Virus record (IMG/VR): IMGVR_UViG_3300009514_000888
Location: 96,001-160,000 of that record
Source: a virus
Direction: 5' to 3' (one strand)
Length of the DNA stretch: 64,000 nt
Shown in pieces: positions 47,415-55,664 of the stretch. Position 1 is the first letter of the stretch; each line of letters opens with the position of its first letter. The position numbers and the translations under genes are program-made. Below the pieces are notes generated by a model. The model was not told where the DNA came from and searched no databases. It saw only the letters and a program-made list of their open reading frames with translations.

Positions 47415-48392
47415 ATGTTTAGTAACATATACGCAACCTATGGAGAAGATTATTGGGAGTTACGCGATAAGGTAACGTTTGATGGAGAAAACAGCCTCAT
47501 CATTGTCAATGAAGGCGAGACGGAGATTAACATCCAGGCAGATATCTATAGCGCCTGGAAAGACTGGGCGCTTCTTCGCGACTACCTAAAATTCCGAGCT
47601 GCCCTCCGAACAACGGGCGGCGACCCCTTGCCCAGTGGCGACGCTCTTGGCGCTACTTTCTTCCTCATTAACGGTTGGCAAATCTTTCTCGATCATGCCG
47701 CTAATTTTACAGGTAACATTTTTAATGACCTGGGAGGAGATGTCTTTGTCACAGCTGCCGATCTGAAAGTTGCCACGACGACTGTATCGAACTTGATTGA
47801 TAAGGTGAACCTCTCCGGCGGCGACGGTTTCTTGGCTAGCGACCGAACGACGTTGGATACGATTTTGTCCCAGACCACCGCCGACGCGATAGCGGATGCT
47901 GTTTGGGATGCCTTGGCTGTTGACTATACGGCTACGGGCGCTACTGGAGAGTTGCTGAACAACATACCTGGCGATGTGGCGGATACGGTATGGGACGAGA
48001 CGGCATCCGATCATAATGCGCCTGGATCGATGGGAGAGAAACAGAATACATCCACAGTCGATCAGGATGGCATAGCGGATGCCGTTTGGGATGCTCAGAG
48101 ATCAGATCATAATACGGCTGGGACATTTGGCGAAGGCGTAGCCACAAGCGGCGGTGGCGCAGGCGGCGGGTCGGTCGTGATCAATGTGGGACATGCTGAT
48201 GACAACTTTAGGATGTTAAGCCAAGATACGAATGCTGGTCCTGCCATAATCGTAGAAATGGGAGTCACGACGCCTACAAATACCTTCAAGGTTATTAAGG
48301 GCAAAACGCAGAACACTACAACTGATGAGGTAGAAACCGGAACGTCCTCTGCCAAATCAGTCAATATAGAAACTGGAACTGGAAATTCTTGA
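47415..48392 (+). CDS. Phage structural protein with three ADAVWD repeats
   Basis: IADAVWD / VADTVWD / IADAVWD, each followed by D[YH]..G..GE. Confidence 0.65.
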   Translation: MFSNIYATYGEDYWELRDKVTFDGENSLIIVNEGETEINIQADIYSAWKDWALLRDYLKFRAALRTTGGDPLPSGDALGATFFLINGWQIFLDHAANFTGNIFNDLGGDVFVTAADLKVATTTVSNLIDKVNLSGGDGFLASDRTTLDTILSQTTADAIADAVWDALAVDYTATGATGELLNNIPGDVADTVWDETASDHNAPGSMGEKQNTSTVDQDGIADAVWDAQRSDHNTAGTFGEGVATSGGGAGGGSVVINVGHADDNFRMLSQDTNAGPAIIVEMGVTTPTNTFKVIKGKTQNTTTDEVETGTSSAKSVNIETGTGNS

Positions 48393-48409
48393 TAGAAGGA
48401 GGCAAGCAA

Positions 48410-48619
48410 ATGCCATCACCAATCTGGGATGCTCTAAAAAAGCACTATGAGGCTCAGTCATCGGATGCGGAAGCCAATCTGAGCATGATTCTCAGTGGTC
48501 AGGTGACCATTGGAGAGGGGACAGACTATCGCAGGGAATTGCGGAGATGGATTCTACAGCTAAGTGAAGCAGAACAAGTCTTGGAGACAATGCAAAAGCA
48601 CAAGAATCTCGCGAACTGA
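48410..48619 (+). CDS. Small phage protein (paralog of 52978-53196)
   Basis: KHYEAQ..AEANL..IG..TD. Confidence 0.7.
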   Translation: MPSPIWDALKKHYEAQSSDAEANLSMILSGQVTIGEGTDYRRELRRWILQLSEAEQVLETMQKHKNLAN

Positions 48620-48633
48620 ATAGGGTTGGATTC

Positions 48634-49926
48634 ATGGCTCAAAAAGTATTCATTAAATACCGCGAAACCGGCGATCTTAAGAATGCGTATTCTGTAACGC
48701 TGGCGTCCGAAGATGGCGCATTCGGCATCAAGGTGACCACAACAGGGGAGGTTATTTTCCCTTCTGGCACGTCGGTGAGCAATCCGTCCGTTGGCGTCTA
48801 TGAGAAATCTTTTGATCCATCTCTCAATACTGTTTACACAGTATCTTGGAAAATTGTTGGCAGTGCTGGTGCGGAGGCCAGGTTTGTTGTTCAGCAGATT
48901 GGTCCTTTTGAAGACGATGATGGCGTCAGCGCGGTTGTCAAGAAAGTCAGGGGTCCATTTATTCAGGGGACAACCGGGTCCATACTTATTACCATTATTG
49001 ACGAGATGGGGTCTCCGATTGATGCAGACCTGATTACTTACAGCATCGTGGATTCTGATTCGGAGGAAGTTGTGTCTGGCGTTCCTCTTAAGGTCAAAAC
49101 CGGATGTTATGTTTTCGACTGGGAGATAGATGAAGATCAGGACGTAGGTCGTTATACGGTAACTTGGAGTTACGCTGTTCGAGGCGTATCTCATATCGAG
49201 ATTACGGATATTGTTGTCAGCGATGTTGGCGATGATGACGGCAGTTTTCATTATAGCGGCATTATTCTTTTGTTCCGTGAATCTTTGGAGCTGATGCTGG
49301 ATTGCGCTCAGAATGTTCCTATTTATTTTGAGCAAGCTCAGCCTACTCGCGATCGCAAGACTTATCGTTTTACCAAACAGATGTGGAATCCTACTACAGG
49401 AACGCATATCTACCGTAACAAAGAGATGGTCAATGCGGGATTTGATATCGACTATCTCAAGGGATTAGTAACCTTTACGAATCCACTGACTGAGTTTGAC
49501 TCTGTTTATGCCGACTATAACTTTCGATGGTTCTCGGATGAGCAGTTGGACAGATATCTCTCCAATGGCTTGCATGCGGTGAATATTTTTCCTCCCGAAA
49601 CCAATCATACGCTTGCGGATGTGCCCCAGAAGTTTATCCCCATTATCCTGTATGGTGCAGCCAAGGATGCTCTGCGATCCATGATGTTATGGTTGCAATA
49701 TCCAGAACCAGCGGAACTGTTCGGCGGACCAGAGCGGGCAAGCCAGGTCTTTGGCAATCTCGAGACATTGAAGAAGAACTATCATGAAGATTGGCTCAAG
49801 CTACTTGAGCAAAAGAAACTCGGCAGGTATCCAAGAGGTAGAAATATAGTGGTTCCCGAATATACGCTTCCCGGTGGAAGGAGTCGTTGGTTCAGATTTT
49901 TGTTTGGCACAGGTTCAGCATCATAA
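48634..49926 (+). CDS. Putative head-tail connector/neck-type structural protein with Ig-like N-terminal domains
   Basis: Two beta-sandwich-like repeats, then VYADYNFRWFSDEQL and a helical C-terminus. Confidence 0.55.
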   Translation: MAQKVFIKYRETGDLKNAYSVTLASEDGAFGIKVTTTGEVIFPSGTSVSNPSVGVYEKSFDPSLNTVYTVSWKIVGSAGAEARFVVQQIGPFEDDDGVSAVVKKVRGPFIQGTTGSILITIIDEMGSPIDADLITYSIVDSDSEEVVSGVPLKVKTGCYVFDWEIDEDQDVGRYTVTWSYAVRGVSHIEITDIVVSDVGDDDGSFHYSGIILLFRESLELMLDCAQNVPIYFEQAQPTRDRKTYRFTKQMWNPTTGTHIYRNKEMVNAGFDIDYLKGLVTFTNPLTEFDSVYADYNFRWFSDEQLDRYLSNGLHAVNIFPPETNHTLADVPQKFIPIILYGAAKDALRSMMLWLQYPEPAELFGGPERASQVFGNLETLKKNYHEDWLKLLEQKKLGRYPRGRNIVVPEYTLPGGRSRWFRFLFGTGSAS

Positions 49927-50027
49927 AGGACTTACGTCATTTTTTGTCCTTTATTTCTATTGTTGTTCCAAATTAGGGTATATTCTGGAAAAATGTCGAT
50001 AAATAAGTATATTCTTATTTAGGAGAC

Positions 50028-52121
50028 ATGGATATGCCCTGGAAAGGATCGCAATTATCAGAAACATCTGTGCAGCGCATGAAGCAGTCCAAGCAGCGAC
50101 GAATGCAATCCAAGTTTGATTGGTCTATTGCTGAACCATATTTAGACACCATATTAGACAATGGTAGTCGAAATCGAAAAGCAAAGTTCATTACACTTCG
50201 AGAGTTTAGGGAGCTAATTGAGAGCGGTAGAAGTTTGAAAGATATTAGGCTGGATGGAATTTCCAAACACATAGTTAATTTTTACAGTTTGTTTTGCCAG
50301 GGAAAAATCAATCTTTCCAAAGCACACTTTCTTATTGAATACGAATCAGGATTAGGTCTTGATGAGATTGCTGAAAAGTATAGTATTTCGCGAGACAACA
50401 TGACGTTCTTGCGTCAGCTATATGATGTCAAAGCCAGGGGCGCAACTTTTCAACATAGAAAGGCGACCGAAACCCCTTTGACACAGAGACAAAAAGAGAT
50501 TTTATATGGTTCGATGCTTGGAGATGCTAAACAAGCATCTCTTTCGTCGGTGGCTTTTAAGCAGGGAGAAAAACAAAAAGATTATTTGTTATGGAAATAT
50601 AGAGAGTTTGAAAATGTGGCATCCAAGAATTCTCTAAAATCATTTACTGTACTCGACCCCAGAAGTGGGCAGGAACATACTTCATGGCAGTTTTACACTC
50701 ATGCCAATACCGATGTCGAAGCTTGTGTGGACATCTTTTATCAAAACGGCAAGAAAGATATATCACAACCTATCTTGGATCAATTAACAGCCCTATCAGT
50801 TGCCGTATGGTTCATGGATGACGGAAAAACCGATTTTCATCATCGTCACATCAAAGGGAAAATGCATCAAATCAATCCAGAATGTATGTTTTGTACGGAA
50901 TCTTTTTCAAAAGAAGGATGCGAATTAGCATGTCGGTGGTTCAGGGAAACATGGGGATTATCAGCTTACCTGAGGACAAGAAAGCTTTCGAATGGCACTG
51001 GATATCGTATATGTATTAGAAGTCCTGATACAGATAAGTTTTTCGATGTTATCAGGCCATATGTGCTTCCTCTGTTTATGTACAAAATTAGTTATCGTAA
51101 ATATATAGAAGAAAAGACAAATTCAGATATAGCATTAGCGGATATCATTGGCTGTCCGGTGGGCGAAGAATTTGTGTCTCTGTCTATACCAGAACAAGAA
51201 GGTCGCATTAACCAAATTGTATCCTATTGGCATCGAAGGGGTGTAAGCCGACTCTTGCCGTATCCAAAATATTTTAAGAAAGACATGAAAAGGGTTCTTC
51301 AATACGATGCGGACAGATTGTTGCATGATGATTACATTGCTTTCTGTACGCTTGGAAATAATTTCCTAATGTCTCATTTTCCAAATTTCTATGAGGCCAA
51401 AGCAAAAGGAGGGAAGTCGGCAGCCGAAATCTTCAATAATGAGAGATATTTGAGCGAAATAGTCAGGGGTATTTTGCAGGATGGCCATTTCCCACGCGGA
51501 AATAGAATTAGAAGCAAACTGAGCGACTATAGAGGCAATCGCATGGTTTCTGGCTTCATGCCATGTGTAGCCAAATCTATATATCACAGGTATTGCGATA
51601 CTGGGTTTAAGGTCTTGGATTTTTGCGCAGGTTATGGAGGCAGGCTTTTCGGGGCGATGGCGTGCGAGAAGATTGTGTCTTATACGGGCATAGAAGTTAA
51701 TTACACAAGTTATGATAACTTGTGCGAGCTGCGACGATCACTTAAATTATACGGGAATGTTTGCAAGCCAGCTAACCTGATTAATGCCGATGCTATTGAA
51801 GGTATGCGACAGTTTAGTGATAAATATTTTGACTTTGCCTTTACCTCAGTTCCCTACTTTGATTGTGAAGAATATAGCGACCAATATAGCCAAAGTTTTC
51901 GTCGATATGCCAATTATGCAGAGTGGTTTGAGAAATTCCTTTTGGCATCTATAAGCGAAGCAAAAAGAGTGAGTAAAGTGGTATTATTAAATGTTGCTAA
52001 CACTGGAGCGTATCAGATCGCAGAAGATTTGGCTTCTGCTCAAAGTGTTAGTCCGGTCGATAACATACGTATGTCACGCAGGGGAGGCGGAACGAAATTT
52101 GAACCGTTGTTTTTGCTATAA
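50028..52121 (+). CDS. LAGLIDADG endonuclease domain fused to an amino-type DNA methyltransferase domain
   Basis: ILYGSMLGDA and AVWFMDDG..TESFS; C-terminal LDFCAGYGGR (motif I) and FTSVPY (motif IV variant); AT-rich. Confidence 0.8.
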   Translation: MDMPWKGSQLSETSVQRMKQSKQRRMQSKFDWSIAEPYLDTILDNGSRNRKAKFITLREFRELIESGRSLKDIRLDGISKHIVNFYSLFCQGKINLSKAHFLIEYESGLGLDEIAEKYSISRDNMTFLRQLYDVKARGATFQHRKATETPLTQRQKEILYGSMLGDAKQASLSSVAFKQGEKQKDYLLWKYREFENVASKNSLKSFTVLDPRSGQEHTSWQFYTHANTDVEACVDIFYQNGKKDISQPILDQLTALSVAVWFMDDGKTDFHHRHIKGKMHQINPECMFCTESFSKEGCELACRWFRETWGLSAYLRTRKLSNGTGYRICIRSPDTDKFFDVIRPYVLPLFMYKISYRKYIEEKTNSDIALADIIGCPVGEEFVSLSIPEQEGRINQIVSYWHRRGVSRLLPYPKYFKKDMKRVLQYDADRLLHDDYIAFCTLGNNFLMSHFPNFYEAKAKGGKSAAEIFNNERYLSEIVRGILQDGHFPRGNRIRSKLSDYRGNRMVSGFMPCVAKSIYHRYCDTGFKVLDFCAGYGGRLFGAMACEKIVSYTGIEVNYTSYDNLCELRRSLKLYGNVCKPANLINADAIEGMRQFSDKYFDFAFTSVPYFDCEEYSDQYSQSFRRYANYAEWFEKFLLASISEAKRVSKVVLLNVANTGAYQIAEDLASAQSVSPVDNIRMSRRGGGTKFEPLFLL

Positions 52122-52131
52122 GGATCATTCC

Positions 52132-52344
52132 ATGCCAGCCAATTCCACCAAAAAGACTCGTAAGCGATCTCGTCTCTCTGGTGTCCCCCAGGACATTGAT
52201 GATCGCACGTGGTATTACGAAGAGCCGAAAGGTATCTGTCTTGTCCGTCAGGTCTACGACAATAGCGATCACTATTTGAGGACTGATCAGATTTGGCTAC
52301 CCTGGCGAAAAATACGTGCCAGTTTGAAGCGTAAGGACGATTAG
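52132..52344 (+). CDS. Small hypothetical protein
   Basis: AAGGA RBS; phage-like ORFan. Confidence 0.55.
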   Translation: MPANSTKKTRKRSRLSGVPQDIDDRTWYYEEPKGICLVRQVYDNSDHYLRTDQIWLPWRKIRASLKRKDD

Positions 52345-52376
52345 ACATAATTAATGCCCAAGCACTATAGGCACAA

Positions 52377-52634
52377 GTGAAAAATTGCCGGGTATGTTAT
52401 GCTGTCCTCATGCCTAGAGAGTATGCTTTTTTCTTTCACTACAACAAACCGGCATCTGCGCGCGCGGGAAAGCCGCAAATATCGGTGCATTATAAAAACG
52501 CCTGTCACATCGTGGATAATGTTGTCGTCAACGTCAAAACATGGGGGCATCTTAACAAGCGCCAACCGAGATTTGTGGTTAAGGGGCGATGCAGCCAGAT
52601 GCGCGTCAGGGGAGGCGTAGCCTACTTCGATTGA
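52377..52634 (+). CDS. Small phage hypothetical protein
   Basis: FFFHYNKP..SVH..CH..QPRFV pattern of a large-phage family. Confidence 0.6.
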   Translation: MKNCRVCYAVLMPREYAFFFHYNKPASARAGKPQISVHYKNACHIVDNVVVNVKTWGHLNKRQPRFVVKGRCSQMRVRGGVAYFD

Positions 52635-52702
52635 AGGATAATTCACTTCTTTTGCTGGAATTAATCTAACGGTATTGCCTGCTTCACCAAAGGGGGAGAG
52701 AT

Positions 52703-52942
52703 ATGGGTGATTATCGTTTTTATAGTCATGGCTGGTGGGACGATAGTGACCTGGAGCATTTCATGCAGTTTGCCATTGCGGATGACAATACTGGCGAAAC
52801 AGTTTGGAATAGTGCATGGTTCGACCTCAAATGTGCGGATGCATCGGTTACGAAAATGATGCGTAATCAGATCAATGCTTTAGCCGAAAAATACGATATG
52901 GAGATAGATACCGAGCCTGATGACTTATGTCGATGGCGCTAG
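52703..52942 (+). CDS. Small acidic hypothetical protein
   Basis: GGGGGAG RBS. Confidence 0.6.
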   Translation: MGDYRFYSHGWWDDSDLEHFMQFAIADDNTGETVWNSAWFDLKCADASVTKMMRNQINALAEKYDMEIDTEPDDLCRWR

Positions 52943-52977
52943 GACGACCATGCCAATGATCCTACAAGGAAAAATAA

Positions 52978-53196
52978 ATGTCTAAATTACTCAAAGCGAC
53001 CCGCAAGCATTACGAAGCCCAGATAGCCGAAGCCGAAGCTAACTTAGAAATTATCCTGCACAACAACGCCGGGATTGGGGATCATACAGATTTCCAGGCA
53101 GAAGTTCGCAAATGGCTGGAGCAACTTGATCATGCCGAAAGCGTGTTGGGAACGCTAGGAAAGCATTCAAATCAATTGATTTATCAACCGGAATAA
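52978..53196 (+). CDS. Small phage protein (paralog of 48410-48619)
   Basis: KHYEAQIAEAEANL..GIGDHTD; AAGGA RBS. Confidence 0.75.
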   Translation: MSKLLKATRKHYEAQIAEAEANLEIILHNNAGIGDHTDFQAEVRKWLEQLDHAESVLGTLGKHSNQLIYQPE

Positions 53197-53197
53197 A

Positions 53198-54172
53198 GTG
53201 ACTATCGTAGATGAATCCTTGGACTATCCTTTCCGGGACAAGATGATTCTTGTGGCCGGCTGTCATGGCATGGTCGGCTCTGCTGTGATGCGCAAGTTAG
53301 AGGAGCGGGGGCATCCGTCTCATTTGCTGCCCAAGATAACGAGACAAGGGTTTGACCTGTGCAATGCCCAGGATGTGGAGCGGCTATTCCAATGGCATCG
53401 CCCGGACTATGTGGTTTTGGCGGCGGCGGTCGTCGGCGGCATTTATGCTAATCATACGAAACAGGTTCAATTCATTCGCGATAATCTCCAGATACAGAAT
53501 AACGTCATTGATGCGTGCTGTAGGCATGGCGTGCGAAAGTTGATTTTCTTGGGATCATCATGCGCGTATCCGAGGGAGTGTCCGCAGCCTATTAAGGAAG
53601 AATATTTGCTTACTGGTCCCTTGGAGGAAACTAATCAATGGTATGCCGTTGCAAAGATCGCAGGCATTAAATACGTGCATGCTTGTTTGAATGAAAAGCT
53701 ATTGAACGCTTCTTGCTTGATGCCAACGAATCTCTTCGGGCCGAACGACAATTACAATTACAATACATCCCATGTTTTTCCTGCATTAATTAGGCGGATA
53801 CATGAGGCCAAGGAGTGGAAGTCTCCTATTGTTTTGTGGGGTGATGGAACTCCCAAAAGAGAATTCATGCATGTTGACGACATGGCTGACGCTATTCTCT
53901 ATTTTATGGCAATGGACGAGAATATACCATTGGTTAACGTAGGTTGGGGGAAGGATATTTCTATTTGGGATTTAGCGAAATTAATGGCCAAGATTATCGG
54001 TTTTGAAGAAGAAATACTGATTAATCCCAGTTTGCCTAATGGCACGCCCCGAAAGCTTCTGGATACATCGTTTCTAAATAGCAAGGGATGGGAACCCTCG
54101 ATATCGCTAAGAGAGGGGATCGCTAGCACATATGAGGATTTTGTAAAGAATTATGATACCCTGAGGAAATGA
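53198..54172 (+). CDS. fcl: GDP-L-fucose synthase
   Basis: GCHGMVG, LAAAVVGGI, FLGSSCAYP, YAVAK, PTNLFGPNDN, HVFPALI, WGDGTPKREF and NGTPRKLLD motifs. Confidence 0.95.
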   Translation: MTIVDESLDYPFRDKMILVAGCHGMVGSAVMRKLEERGHPSHLLPKITRQGFDLCNAQDVERLFQWHRPDYVVLAAAVVGGIYANHTKQVQFIRDNLQIQNNVIDACCRHGVRKLIFLGSSCAYPRECPQPIKEEYLLTGPLEETNQWYAVAKIAGIKYVHACLNEKLLNASCLMPTNLFGPNDNYNYNTSHVFPALIRRIHEAKEWKSPIVLWGDGTPKREFMHVDDMADAILYFMAMDENIPLVNVGWGKDISIWDLAKLMAKIIGFEEEILINPSLPNGTPRKLLDTSFLNSKGWEPSISLREGIASTYEDFVKNYDTLRK

Positions 54173-54927
54173 GTATAAAGAAAGCTATTTATTTTGTGGC
54201 TTATGATTATCCTTTCACCCAAATGGCATCTCTTGCCTTGAGGTCTTTGAGAACGCGAGGCAAATTTCAGGGAACAGTTGTTATTTTTACGAATGCCAAC
54301 GGAGACAATCGTCGTCAAATGGAGCCGTATGCCGAAGTTGTTTATCACAGCAAATCCAAAATTATTCCCAAGGCCATGAAGTTCAAAAGTCCGAAGTATT
54401 TCAACTTCAAGCCCTATGATTGTATCATGTATTTGGACTGCGACATGCTTGTGTTGCGCAGTTTGAATTCGTTGTTTCGATTGGTGACAGATCGCAATGT
54501 AGTCTGTCGCAGCGCTTCAGATGGAGGAAGCATGCTGGACAACAAGACTTGTTGTTGGCGGTTTAGGGATGACAATGAGAAGCAGAAAGCCAGAAGTCGG
54601 CCATGCGTAAATTCAGGTTTTTTCTGCGTTGGTAATTGGACTTTTCACGAGATTTGCAGGCGGTGGGACAAGAGGATCAATATTCGATCTTGTATGCCTC
54701 CCAAAGGCATTTATGATCAGCCAGCATTCAATTGTGTGTTGACCAGGTACAACTATGATATTGAATACGTTAGCCCGCGCAAGATTGTTTATGCCGGGGA
54801 CAAGATGGGGTCATCTGCTATTCTTTGTCATTTTGAGCATGGACAAAAACTGAAAAGAATGAACGAGTTCCTTAAGTCCTTATCCGATTTTGAGAGTCCC
54901 GAAGCGGCTTTCCAGCAGGCGCATTAG
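54169..54927 (+). CDS. Nucleotide-diphospho-sugar transferase (GT8/GT77-like)
   Basis: YLDCD, VNSGFF and YDQPAFN motifs. Confidence 0.78.
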   Translation: MSIKKAIYFVAYDYPFTQMASLALRSLRTRGKFQGTVVIFTNANGDNRRQMEPYAEVVYHSKSKIIPKAMKFKSPKYFNFKPYDCIMYLDCDMLVLRSLNSLFRLVTDRNVVCRSASDGGSMLDNKTCCWRFRDDNEKQKARSRPCVNSGFFCVGNWTFHEICRRWDKRINIRSCMPPKGIYDQPAFNCVLTRYNYDIEYVSPRKIVYAGDKMGSSAILCHFEHGQKLKRMNEFLKSLSDFESPEAAFQQAH

Positions 54928-55215
54928 CGTTTGTTTGACGACCCGATCTTTGAGTCGCTTTTGCCCTGCTTCGTCTTGCGGGATCATGCTGTCTGAGGTT
55001 GGTTCGTCGTGGACCAGAATTTGCCCGTCACCTGTTTCTGATCCCCATCGACCCTCGTCGGTTTGATAGACCAGGAAGGTCGGCGGCAGCAGGCTGGCGT
55101 CAATCCCGTCTTCCTCTAATTCTGTCTTGAGAGATTGATATTCGGTATCTAGAAGATGCTTGAGAGTATCGTAGTATTTATAGCTTGAAAATTTGGCTCT
55201 GACATACCAGTTCAT
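54880..55215 (-). CDS. Hypothetical protein with N-terminal MNWYVRA motif
   Basis: Same N-terminal motif as 598-798; start uncertain (55233 is the alternative). Confidence 0.55.
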   Translation of the reverse strand: MNWYVRAKFSSYKYYDTLKHLLDTEYQSLKTELEEDGIDASLLPPTFLVYQTDEGRWGSETGDGQILVHDEPTSDSMIPQDEAGQKRLKDRVVKQTLMRLLESRFGTLKIG

Positions 55216-55286
55216 ACCTGTTATTCGTAACAAAATGCCCCATCCCTTTGTTAATCTGAGAGCGGGAAGAAGTCGATGGAGGAAGT

Positions 55287-55664
55287 ATGATTGTCAAAAG
55301 GGATGATGATGGCAAGAAAAAACAGGCTGCATCCTCTGATCAACCAGATGCGGCGGGGAAACCTCAACTGACGGCTGGCCAGCTGAATGTCTTAAAGCAG
55401 AGGTGCGAACATGACAATATTGAGTTCTATTACAGGGCGACAGATCGGCTGAAGCATTACATTATCCAAGGGCATCCTATTACCGATCAGCTGCCCGATC
55501 TTATCAAATCTGCCTTACTAGCAGGCAAGGGCATCGCTGTGACGAGAGAGATGATCTATCGATGGATATCTGGCAGCCTTGATCGACGAAATGCTTTCAT
55601 CTTAGAGCATGCAGAGATTCGGGTTGAGAATGATCCCATGACCGTCATTAGGAAATTTTCATGA
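55287..55664 (+). CDS. Hypothetical protein
   Basis: GGAGG RBS; ATGA overlap with the next gene. Confidence 0.65.
   Translation: MIVKRDDDGKKKQAASSDQPDAAGKPQLTAGQLNVLKQRCEHDNIEFYYRATDRLKHYIIQGHPITDQLPDLIKSALLAGKGIAVTREMIYRWISGSLDRRNAFILEHAEIRVENDPMTVIRKFS

Noticed and set aside
50028-52121. Intein-encoded LAGLIDADG inside a methyltransferase
   Set aside because: No Cys/Ser block A or His-Asn block G flanks the nuclease domain.
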